In this document: positions 50,903 to 62,124 of the stretch, piece after piece | How positions within the stretch are numbered: the first letter of the stretch is position 1 | Layout: each line of letters starts with the position of its first letter | Source: Mobula hypostoma | Lineage: Eukaryota | Assembly: GCF_963921235.1 (NCBI RefSeq) | Contig: NC_086104.1 | Location: 115,072,001-115,136,000 of the forward strand | Reading direction: 5' to 3' | DNA length: 64,000 bases | The notes under the pieces: generated by a model | Told to the model about the DNA's origin: nothing | Seen by the model: only the letters and a program-made list of their open reading frames with translations | The model's database searches: none | Position numbers and translations under genes: made by a program

Positions 50903-53900
50903 TTATTAATTCCTTTTTAATTGATTTTGGTTTGATAGAAATCTGGAGAAATTAACATCCTAATGACAGAGATTATTCTTTTTATTCACACGTTCATAAT
51001 AAATATTCGAGAATTGATTATTTTATGGCTGATTTCCGATTTTTGTCCAAAGTCCAGAAATGTGAATATGATGCTATTGCAGTCTCGGACCATGAGCCTT
51101 TAAGCTTAACTTTTGAGTTAAATGATGTTAGTAATGTAAACTTGCCTTGGTGCTTTCCAGAAAATTTATTACAAAGTTCAGATAAAAGATTTCTTTCTTT
51201 TTAATAATACGGGAGATATCTTGAAATTGATTATATGGGATACATTCAAAGCATATTTGCGAGGTCAGATAATATCTTATTTGGCTAAACTCAAGAAACA
51301 GACAAAGATAGAGTTAGACAGAATTTCCAAACTAATTAAAGATCTGGATAATACTTGTGCAGTTTCTCCTAATGTTGATTTATTTAAACAAAGGGTTGAA
51401 CTTCAATGACAATATAATTTACTATTAACTTATCCTGTTGAAAGAAATTTGCTTAAATTAAAAAGTCAATTTTATATCTTTGGAGATAAAAGTAACAAGC
51501 TATTAGCATCTCAACTTAAAGCAGTTAGAGCTAAAAGACAGATTTTAAAAATTCGTAAGGGAGATGGTAGTTTAGCTTGTAATTATGAAGATATTAATAA
51601 AATTTTTCAAGACTATTACAGTGAACTCTATAAATCTCAGTTTCCAGCTGACCCTTCTAATATGTATGCCTTTTTATAAAAGATTGATTTTCCAAGAATA
51701 TCTGTTGAAGATCAGCAAATTCTTGATGCTCCTTTTACTGAAAGAGAAATTCAGAAAGCTATTCTTTCAATGCAATCTGGTAAAGCTCCTGGATTGGATG
51801 GTTTTCCTGTAAGATTTTATTAAAAAATTTTAACATTTGTTTACTCCTTATACGTTGGAAATGCTTAAAGATTCTTTTCTGTTAGGAGATTTACCTTTCA
51901 CATTTTATGAAGCTTCTATTTCTTTCATTCTTAAGAAAGATAAAGACCCTACTGATTGTGCTTCATATAGACCTATTTCATTATTAAATGTGGATGCCAA
52001 AATTCTTTCAAAAATAATGACTAATCAGATGGAGAATATACTAGCTAAAACTATTTCTCAGGATCAAATTGGTTTTATAAAAGGCCGTTATTCTTTATTT
52101 AACACTCGGAGATTGTTAAATATTATATACTCTTCCCTCTCTAAGACTCCCCAATGTGTTGTTTCTCCAGATGCTGAAAAGGCATTTGATAGAGTTGAAT
52201 GGAAATATCTATTTAAAGTTTTAGAGAAATTTAGCTTTGGTACTAATTTTAATAAATGGATTAGATTGATATATAAATGCCCTATTGCCACTGTTGTCAC
52301 TAATAACTGTAGATCCCCCTTTTTCCAACTTTCCCGGGGTACGAGACAAGGATGTCCGTTAAGTCCTCTGTTATTTAACTTGACGTTGGAACCCTTGGCT
52401 GTTGCACTTCATGAAGCTAAAAATATTCAAGGAATTTCTGAAAATGGGACTATTCATAAGATCTCCCCTTATGCGGTGATCTTTTGGTTTATGTTTCGAA
52501 TCCCGGAGAATCTATTCCTAGCTTATTGAAATTATTAAATGAACCTGGATTGTTTTCAGGATATAAATTAAACCTGCATAAAAGTGAATTATTTCCTTTA
52601 AATGATTCCAGTTCTATATATGATGACATTCCTCTAAAAGTTACGGATTCTTTTAAATATTTAGGTATTATCATCACTAAAAATTATGGAGACCTTTACA
52701 AAGCTAATTTAGTTCCCTTAGTGGATTTTATGAAGCAATTTTTTTCTAGGTGGAATCCACTTACACTATCATTAGTAGGTCGAATTCATGCAGTTAAAAT
52801 GATGATTTTACCAAAATTTTTATATGTATTTCAAAACATTCCTATTTTTCTAACTAAGAAGTTTTTTGATCAGGTTGACTCTATTATTTCATCTTTTGTT
52901 TGGAATAATAAAAGACCAAGAATTGGAAAATGTCATTTACAAAAATTAAAAAAGGATGGAGGTCTTACATTGTCTAATTTAAGAATGTATTATTGGGCGG
53001 TTAGTATACGTTATGCGTGTTCTTGGTTATATTGGACCGATGAAAAGGAATGACCATCTTGGGTTGATCTGGAATTGAAAATTGTGAAACAATTTCATTT
53101 AACTTCATTATTAGGAGCTCCTTTACCTGTACAATTAGCCAAAATTTCTATTCTAAATATAAATCTTATGAATCTGGTACCAGTTTCATAAGTTTTTTAA
53201 TCTTAAAAAATTTAACCTTTATCGTTTAATTTATCGAAACTATTTATTTAAACCTTCACTTAGTGATCCTACCTTTTCTCTTTGGAGGAATAAAGGAATT
53301 TTTTTCCTTTATGGACTTGCTTCAAGAAGGTCAATTGATGTCCTTTGAGAAATTAGTAACTAAATACTCTCTCTCATATTCACATTTTTTGCAATATCTT
53401 CAGGTCAGACATTTCTTACAAGAATATTTAAGTAATTTTCCATATATACAAGACTCTGACCTGTTAGATATTATTTTAAAAATGAGCCCTTTAGTGAAAG
53501 GTTTTACTGGGAAACTTATAATTTACTATTATAACAGGATAATTATCCTTTAATTAAGATTAAGCAAGATCGGGAAAGAGAGCTTAATATGACCTTGATA
53601 ACAGAGGATTGGTTGCGAATTTTGAAGCTGGTTAACTCTTCTTCGATTTGTGCCAGTCATTCTCTAATTCAATTTAAAATTGTACATCATTATTATTTGA
53701 TAAAGGAGAGATTGTCTAAAGTATTTCCTAATGTAAATAGTGTGATAGATGCAAAACTGAGATAGTGTCACAATGACGGGACATTGGGAGCAAGGGGTGG
53801 ACCCAAATGCAAGACACATCTTGTGAGGTTACTTAGGTTTAGTTTATTGTACAATACCAGGACAGCAAGACAGAAGCAGGAATAGCGAACAGGGTAAGGA

Positions 53901-54658
53901 CTCAGGGCTACGACTAGGCTGGGACCAAGGGTCTGGGCTTGGACTCAGAATCGGCTTCCAGAACTAGAGGAGACATGAAGAGGATAGAGTATGGACTCCA
54001 AGCCCGAGACTGGGCTCGGACCCAGTACCTGGGTCTTGCCTCAGGCTCGGACCCCAGAACCAGGCATGGACATGACATGGGCTAGGGAGAGGAGGAACAT
54101 GGGAACACAGAGCCTCGGTCTCGGGAGAGCAGGTACATGGAACCATGGACACATACACAGAACACAGAGTCGGGACCCCTCCTTGGGTACAGGACATAGG
54201 GCCGGGACTCATGACCCTCCGCGGGGCAACGGCAAGACGGCCTGACTTACCCCACGGAGGCGAGGACAAGAAAAGACAAGACCAACACGAAATGAACACC
54301 AGACAGTACCTATCTAACTCCGGTGATAGAACTAGACCTAAGTGCAGGCGGGGGATGCAGACGAGGGCTAGAGGCGAGAGGGGCAGAGAAGGGATTCAGA
54401 CAAGGGGGTAGGACAGGAATCACAGTCCGCCAGGGCCAGGACTAGACTCAGAACTGGGAAGCCACCAGGGCCAGGACTTGACATGGTACTTGAACACTGC
54501 CAGGGCCAGGACTTGACATGGTACTTGAACGCCGCCAGAGCCAGGACTTGACATAGAAACATAGAAACATAGAAACATAGAAAATAGGTGCAGGAGTAGG
54601 CCATTCGGCCCTTCGAGCCTGCACCGCCATTTATTATGATCATGGCTGATCATTCAAC

Positions 54659-57656
54659 TCAGAACCCAGCCTTCCCTCCATACCCCCTGACCCCTGTAGC
54701 CACAAAGGCCATATCTAACTCCCTCTTAAACATAGCCAACAAACCGGCCTCAACAGTTTGCTGTGGCAGAGAATTCCACAGATTCACCACTCTCTGTGTG
54801 AAGAAGTTTTTCCTAATCTCGGTCCTAAAAGGCTTCCCCTCTATCCTCAAACTGTGACCCCTCGTTCTGGACCTCCCCAACATCGGGAACAATCTTCCCG
54901 CATCTAGCCTGTCCAATCCCTTTAGGATCTTATACGTTTCAATCAGATCCCCCCTCAATCTTCTAAATTCCAACGAGTACAAGCCCAGTTCATCCAGTCT
55001 TTCTTCATATGAAAGACCTACCATCCCAGGAATCAATCTGGTGAACCTTCTTTGTACTCCCTCTATGGCAAAGATGTCTTTCCTCAGATTAGGAGACCAA
55101 AACTGCACACAATACTCCAGGTGTGGTCTCACCAAGGCCTTGTACAACTGCAGTAGTACCTCCCTGCTCCTGTACTCCAATCCTCTCGCTATAAATGCCA
55201 GCATACCGTTCGCCTTTTTCACCGCCTGCTGTACCTGCATGCCCACTTTCAATGACTGGTGTATAATGACACCCAGGTCTCGTTGCACCTTCCCTTTTCC
55301 TAATCGGCCACCATTCAGATAATAATCTGTTTTCCTATTTTTGCCACCAAAGTGGATAACTTCACATTTATCCACATTAAATTGCATCTGCCATGAGTTT
55401 GCCCACTCACCCAACCTATCCAAGTCACCCTGCATCCTCTTAGCATCCTCCTCACTGCTAACACTGCCACCCAGCTTCGTGTCATCCGCAAACTTGGAGA
55501 TGCTGCATTTAATTCCCTCATCCAAGTCATTAATATATATTGTAAACAACTGGGGTCCCAGCACTGAGCCTTGCGGTACCCCACTAGTCACCGCCTGCCA
55601 TTCTGAAAAGGTCCCGTTTATTCCCACTCTTTGCTTCCTGTCTGCTAACCAATTCTCCACCCACACCAATACCTTACCCCCAATACCGTGTGCTTTAAGT
55701 TTGCACACTAATCTCCTGTGTGGGACCTTGTCAAAAGCCTTTTGAAAATCCAAATATACCACATCCACTGGTTCTCCCCTATCCACTCTACTAGTTACAT
55801 CCTCAAAAAATTCTATGAGATTCGTCAGACATGATTTTCCTTTCACAAATCCATGCTGACTTTGTCCGATCATTTCACCGCTTTCCAAATGTGCTGTTAT
55901 CACATCCTTGATAACTGACTCCAGCAGTTTCCTCACCACCGACGTTAGGCTAACCGGCCTATAATTCCCCGGTTTCTCTCTCCCTCCTTTTTTAAAAAGT
56001 GGGGTTACATTAGCCACCCTCCAATCCTCAGGAACTAGTCCAGAATCTAACGAGTTTTGAAAAATTATCACTAATGCATCCACTATTTCTTGGGCTACTT
56101 CCTTAAGCACTCTGGGATGCAGACCATCTGGCCCTGGGGATTTATCTGCCTTCAATCCCTTCAATTTACCTAACACCACTTCCCTACTAACATGTATTTC
56201 ACTCAGTTCCTCCATCTCACTGGACCCTCTGTCCCTTACTATTTCTGGAAGATTATTTATGTCCTCCTTAGTGAAGACAGAACCAAAGTAATTATTCAAT
56301 TGGTCCGCCATGTCCTTGCTCCCCATAATCAATTCACGTGTTTCTGTCTGCAGGGGACCTACATTTGTCTTTATCAGTCTTTTCCTTTTTACATATCTAT
56401 AAAAGCTTTTACAGTCCGTTTTTATGTTCTCTGCCAGTTTTCTCTCATAATCTTTTTTCCCCTTCCAAATTAAGCCCTTTGTCCTCCTCTGCTGAAATCT
56501 GAATTTCTCCCAGTCCTCAGGTGAGCCACTTTCTCTGGCTAATTTGTATGCTACTTCTTTGGAATTGATACTATCCCTAATTTCTCTTGTCAGCCACGGG
56601 TGCACTACCTTCCTTGATTTATTCTTTTGCCAAACTGGGATGAACAATTGTTGTAGTTCATCCATGCAACCTTTAAATGCTTGCCATTGCATATCCACCG
56701 TCAATCCTTTAAGTGTCATTTGCCAGTCTATCTTAGCTAATTCACATCTCATACCTTCAAAGTTACCCCTCTTTAAGTTCAGAACCTTTGTTTCTGAATT
56801 AACTATGTCACTCTCCATGTTAATGAAGAATTCCACCATATTATGGTCACTCTTACCCAAGGGGCCTCTCACGACAAGATCGCTAATTAACCCTTCCTCA
56901 TTGCTCAAAACCCAGTCCAGAATAGCCTGCTCTCTAGTTGGTTCCTCGACATGTTGGTTCAAAAAACCATCCCGCATACATTCCAAGAAATCCTCTTCCT
57001 CAGCACCTTTACCAATTTGGTTCACCCAGTCTACATGTAGATTGAAGTCACCCATTATAACTGCTGTTCCTTTATTGCACACGTTTCTAATTTCCTGTTT
57101 AATACCATCTCCGACCTCACTACTACTGTTAGGTGGCCTGTACACAACTCCCACCAGCGTCTTCTGCCCCTTAGTGTTACGCAGCTCTACCCATATCGAT
57201 TCCACATCTTCCCGGCTTATGTCCTTCCTTTCTATTGCGTTAATCTCTTTTTTAACTAGCAACGCCACCCCACCTCCCCTTCCTTCATGTCTATCCCTCC
57301 TGAATATTGAATATCCCTGAACGTTGAGCTCCCATCCTTGGTCACCCTGGAGCCATGTCTGTGATCCCAACTATATCATAATCATTAATAACAACCTGCA
57401 CTTTCAATTCATCCACCTTATTACAAATGCTCCTTGCATTGACACATAAAGCCTTCAGGTGCTCTTTTACAACTCTCTTAGCCCTTTTTAATGCTTGCCC
57501 TGGATTTGTCGGCCTGCCACTTTTACTTTTCTCCTTTGTACTTTTTGCTTCTACCCTCACTTTACACCCCTCTGTCTCTCTGCACTGGTTCCCATCCCTC
57601 TGTTGTGAACTAACCTCCTCACGCCTAGCCTCTTTAATTTGATTCCCACCCCCCAA
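54659..57656 (-). CDS. CR1 ORF2 (APE endonuclease and RT); single 2-nt frameshift near 57360
   Basis: The 903-aa open frame contains [31 protein letters not shown] and SKFADD. The N-terminus VNARSI..GIT(E)TW is in another frame (atcacagacatgg versus expected atcacagagacatgg). Confidence 0.85.
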
Positions 57657-57661
57657 CCATT

Positions 57662-58621
57662 CTAGTTTAAAGTCACCTCAGTAGCCCCCGCTAATCTCCC
57701 TGCCAGGATATTGGTCCCCCTAGGATTCAAGTGTAACCCGTCCTTTTTGTACAGGTCACGCCTGCACCAAAAGAGGTCCCAATGATCCAAAAACTTGAAT
57801 CCCTGCCCCCTGCTCCAATCCCTCAGCCACGCATTTATCCTCCACCTCATCGCATTCCTACTCTCACTGTCGCGTGGCACAGGCAGTAATCCCGAGATTA
57901 CTACCTTTGCGGTCCTTTTTCTCAACTCCCTTCCTAGCTCCCTATATTCTTCTTTCAGGACGTCATCCCTTTTCCTACCTATGTCATTGGTACCTATATA
58001 TACCACGACCTCTGGCTCCTCACCCTCCCACTTCAGGATATCTTGGACACGATCAGAAATATCCCGGACCCTGGCACCAGGGAGGCAAACTACCATCCGG
58101 GTCTCTGGACTGCGTCCACAGAATCACCTATCTGACCCCCTTACTATCGAGTCCCCTATCACAACTGCCCTCCTCTTCCTTGCCCTACCCTTCTGAGCTA
58201 CAGGGCCAGACTCTGTGCTGGAGGCAGGGCCACTGTCGCTTCCCCCCGGTAAGCTGTCCCCCCCAACAGTACTCAAACAGGAGTACCTGTTGTTAAGGGG
58301 CACAGCCACCGGGGTACTCCCCATCACCTGCCTTTTCCCCTTCCCCCTCCTAACTGTGACCCACTTGTCTGCCTCCCGTGGCCCCGGCGTGACCACCTGC
58401 CTGCAACTCCTCTCTATCAACTCCTCACTCTCCCTGACCAGACGAAGGTCATCGAGCTGCAGCTCCAGTTCCGTAACGCGGTCCCTTAGGAGCTGCATCT
58501 CGATGCACTTGGAGCAGATGTAGACGTCCGGGAGGCTTGGAGACTCCAGGGCCTCCCACATCCGACACCAAGAACAGCAAACTGCCCTCACAGTCATAAT
58601 GCCCCTCTCCTCAAATAACAA
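57662..58621 (-). CDS. CR1 ORF1 (Cys-rich zinc finger and SGNH esterase); one in-frame TGA at 58124-58126
   Basis: CCSWCRMW..CSKC, GDSIVRG, CLPGARV, GTND and DGLHLN. ORFs 58124-58621 and 57662-58096 share a frame. Confidence 0.82.
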
Positions 58622-60779
58622 CAGAAAATGAATGTCAAACCTTCCTCGCCTCGCCCGCTTCCGCCTAAGCCCGTTGAGCCGAAGCCCTTAAGTCTTCACT
58701 CTGCTCCCGGCTCACTCCGCAGCCCGCAAACTACGCTGCCCGCTCTATGAGGCTCTGTTCCTTTTAAATCTGCCGCGCTGCACTGCCCGACGTCACACGC
58801 CTGCGCAGTCCCGCCTCTCAGAAAGCCGTTGGAGAAAAAAAATAACGAGAACTTCAAAAATCTCTTTCTCGGCACTCCCACTCAGACTCTCAGACTCCTT
58901 CTTCGAATCCATGGTACTTGAACGCCGCCAGGGCCAGGACATGGACATGGTACTTGGATGCCGCCGGAGCCAGGACTTGGTGCTTGGAACCTCTGGGTAG
59001 TGGCGAGCTCTCGACTCGGCCCGGGAACATTAATCAGTGGTTCTTGATTCCCTCCGGCGGGTTAACTGACGGACCCACCTCGGTGAGGAAACTTTGCAGG
59101 CTCGCTTTGGTGAGGTAACTAGACAGGGTTGCTCTGGTGAGGAAAGGCGAATTACCGGATTCAGGCAGAGACTAGGTTTGCTCCGGCCAGATGACATTGG
59201 CATGACATGACTTTGCAGACTTTGCAGACGCTTCCGCGCCGAACGGCTGAAAGCCGGAGACTATAAACTACCAGTTCAGCCGAGTGTTAATTGCCTCTAA
59301 TCACCAAAGTTGGGGGACACAGGAAAATAGGGAATCAATGGTCCGGATCGTAACATAAACAAGCTAAATTTAAAGGGACCCCGATCCGGACCAAGACGGA
59401 TAGCTACATTGACACATATGTTTTGGTCATGTTCTGTATGGAAACAATTTTGGAAATCTATTTTTTCTATAATTTCTAAAGCTTTAAAAATCAATTTATA
59501 ACCTAATAATTTGACAGTTTTGTTTAGTATAATTCCTCAACATATTCACGGTATTTCTATATCTGACCAATACGTAATTGCATTTGTCACATTATTCGCT
59601 AGAGGGGCTATTTTATTAAAATGGAAAGATGCCTCTGCTCCCACTTTGATACAATGGTTCTCTCAGGTGATGTTATGTCTTAGTTTGGAAAAAATTAGAA
59701 GTCGAACTTTTATTCCTAGATTTGACTTCGAGAAAAGGTGGGGTTCTTTTGCCCGTTATTATCATTTGACTTGAGTTAATAAAGATGGTCCTTTTCTGAT
59801 GCTTGGGTATATGGATTTGGTTGGCGGTTTGATGTCTTTTTTATATGGAAGCTTGTATGGCGCATAGCTCCGTGTTTGTGCTCCTAATGTTTTTTTTTTC
59901 CCTTTTTTTAGTTATTATGAGTTTTCTCTGTGTTAGTTAGTAGGGGTTCTTTTTTTTCTTTCTTTCCTTTTTCCATAAAAAAAAGCTTTAACATTTTGTT
60001 TTTTGATTATTATTGATATACTGTTCAGCCTGGTTGATAGTTTAACTCTTATTCTACATATGGATATGTTGTCTTGATTATTTTGATGTATTTTTTTCTG
60101 TTGTTGATTTTCAATGATAATTAATAAAAAGATTTAAAAAGAAAAGAACTCTGCTTCCCACTCCCATTCAGATATGTCCATACATGGCCTCCTTTACTGC
60201 CATGATGAGGCTAAACTCAGGTTGGAGGAGCAACACCTCATATACCGTCTCGGTAGTCTCCAGCCCCTTGATATGAACATAGAATTCTCCAACTTTCGGT
60301 AATTCCCTCCCCTCTCTTCCTCTATCCCTATGTCACTCTGCCCTCTCCCCCAGCTGCCTATCACCTCCCTCATGGTTCCGCCTCCTTCTACTACCCATTG
60401 TGTTTTCCCCTATTCCTTCTTCACCTTTCCTGCCTATCACCTCCCTGCCTCCCCTCCCCCACCCCTTTAACTTTCCCCTTACTGGTTTTTCACCTGGAAC
60501 CTACCAGCCTCCTCCTTCCCACCCTCCCCCCACCTTCTTTATAGGGCCTCTGCCCCTTCCCTCTACAGTCCTGACGAAGAGTTCCGGCCCAAAACGTCGA
60601 CCAATCTTTTCCACGGATGCTGCCTGACCTGCTGAGTTCCTCGAGCGTGTTGTGAGTGTTACTTTTTAATCAAGTGGCAATTGAGATTTTAAAGGCAGCA
60701 TTTCATGGCAGTTTCTGTGTGTTGAGGAATGACCAATCAGCAAAAGGGATTCACTAGAAAGGACCAATAAAAATAGCAC

Positions 60780-62120
60780 AGGTGCAAGTGGAACAGCCAT
60801 ACTTTTGAGTGTGCCAGTCTTTGGAGTGGCTTTGGCTCATAGGCAAGACCAGGCTTGGGTGAGTTACTCACTCTGTGGGCTTACTTGTTCATTCCTCATC
60901 TATTGTGAGAATGTCTCCAGGGGCAGTGTTCTGTACTGTATGTGGGATGTGGGAAGCCTGGGAGACTTCCAGTCTTCCAGATAAACACATCAGCACCAGG
61001 TGCACCGAGCTGCAGCTCCTGAGAGAACATATGAAGGAACAGGGGCTGTAGCTCAATGACCTTCAACATACAGGAGAATGAGGAGGTGATAGACAGGAGC
61101 TACATGGAGGTAGTCACTTGTAGGTTACAGGAGACTGATAGCTGGGCGACTATCAGGAGAAGGAGGAAAAATGCACAGTCAGTGCACAGTACACCTGGCC
61201 ATTCCCCTCAATAATAAGTATATAATTTTAAGTACTGGTGAGAGGGACAATCCACCAAGGGGAGCCACAGTGACCAGGTCTCTGGCACTGAGGGGCAGAA
61301 AGGTGAAGAGGATGACAGTGTCAATAGAAGATTCTTTAGTCAGAGGAACAGAGTCGAGGTTCTGTGGGCGCGATAGAGACACCCAGATGGTACATTGCTT
61401 CCCTGGTGCCAGGATCAAGGATGTCTCGGGTCATGTCCGTGGCATTCTCAAAGGCGAGGATGAGCAGCCAGAAGTCTTGGTACATATTGGCACCAATGAC
61501 ATAGGTAGACAAGGTGAGGAGGTCTTGAAGAGAGAGTGTAGAGAGCTAGGTAGAAAGCTGAGAAACAGGACCTCCAGCGTGGTAATCTCTGGATTGCTGC
61601 CTGTGCAACATGCCATTAAGGGTAAGAATAGGGTGATTTGGCAGATGAATGCATGGCTGAGGAACTGGTGGAGGAGACAGGGGTTCAGATTTATGGCTCA
61701 TTGGGATTTCTTCTGGAGAAGATATGACCTACACAAAAAGGACAGGTCACACCTGAATCCAAGGGGGTCCAAAATCCTTGTGGGCAGATTCAGGGAGGTT
61801 TAAACCAATTTGGCAGGGGGATGGGAGCTGGAGTGATAGTGCTGAAGATGAGGTAGTTGAGTTACAAATAGACGCAATGTGTAGTGAGGAGAGGTGGATG
61901 ATAGATCAAAATTGCAGGCAACAGGGTGAGTTACTACGTAAAAGGCGAACAAAATCGAAAAAGGTGAATACAGGACTAAAGGTGTTATATTTCAATGTGT
62001 GGAGTATAAGGAATAAGGTCAATGAACTTGAAGCAAGTACGATATTATAAGCATCACTGAATCATGGCTGAAAGAAGATTATAGCTGGCAGCTTAATGTC
62101 CAAGGATAACATTGTATTGA
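60780..62120 (+). mobile_element. Decayed CR1 5' portion (ORF1 esterase and ORF2 start), truncated by a Penelope element
   Basis: VFCTVCGMWE, EDSLVRG, CFPGARIKDV, GTND and YFNVWSIRNK. Confidence 0.75.
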
Positions 62121-62124
62121 AAGC

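Larger units (their letters stand above)
54552..58909 (-). mobile_element. Near-intact full-length CR1 LINE
   Basis: GC-rich 5'UTR ~58640-58905, ORF1, ORF2 and (atagaaac)n tail at 54553-54585. Confidence 0.93.
53766..59398. mobile_element. Solo LTR (~1.28 kb; 53766-54551 and 58910-59398) inserted in L1 ORF2 and split by a CR1
   Basis: Termini tgtc...gacg; 5-bp TSD gatag at 53761-53765 and 59399-59403. An internal ~35-bp repeat (gccagggccaggacttgacatggtacttgaac) continues on both sides of the CR1. Confidence 0.72.
47533..59774 (+). pseudogene. L1 ORF2 (APE endonuclease, RT, C-terminal region) in fragments 47533-48037, 50909-53765 and 59404-59774
   Basis: INWNVHG..QETH, GGDFN, YRPISLLNVDAKI, DAEKAFDRVEW, GTRQGCPLSP and THMFWSC; many stops and frameshifts. 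Confidence 0.85.
45788..60146 (+). mobile_element. Full-length-type L1/Tx1-clade LINE, decayed and interrupted by a CR1 and a solo LTR
   Basis: ORF1, APE endonuclease and RT motifs in order; A-rich 3' end aataaaaagatttaaaaagaaaag; 12-bp TSD aactctgcttcc at 45776-45787 and 60147-60158. Confidence 0.88.
44836..60660 (+). mobile_element. 5'-truncated Penelope-like element (RT end, GIY-YIG, pLTR) split by an L1 insertion; own sequence 44836-45787 and 60159-60660
   Basis: YIGETRRRLGDRF GIY-YIG motif. The reading resumes across the L1 as ..ATNFNSAS|HSHSDMS. TSD actttttaatcaa at 44823-44835 and 60661-60673. Confidence 0.82.
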
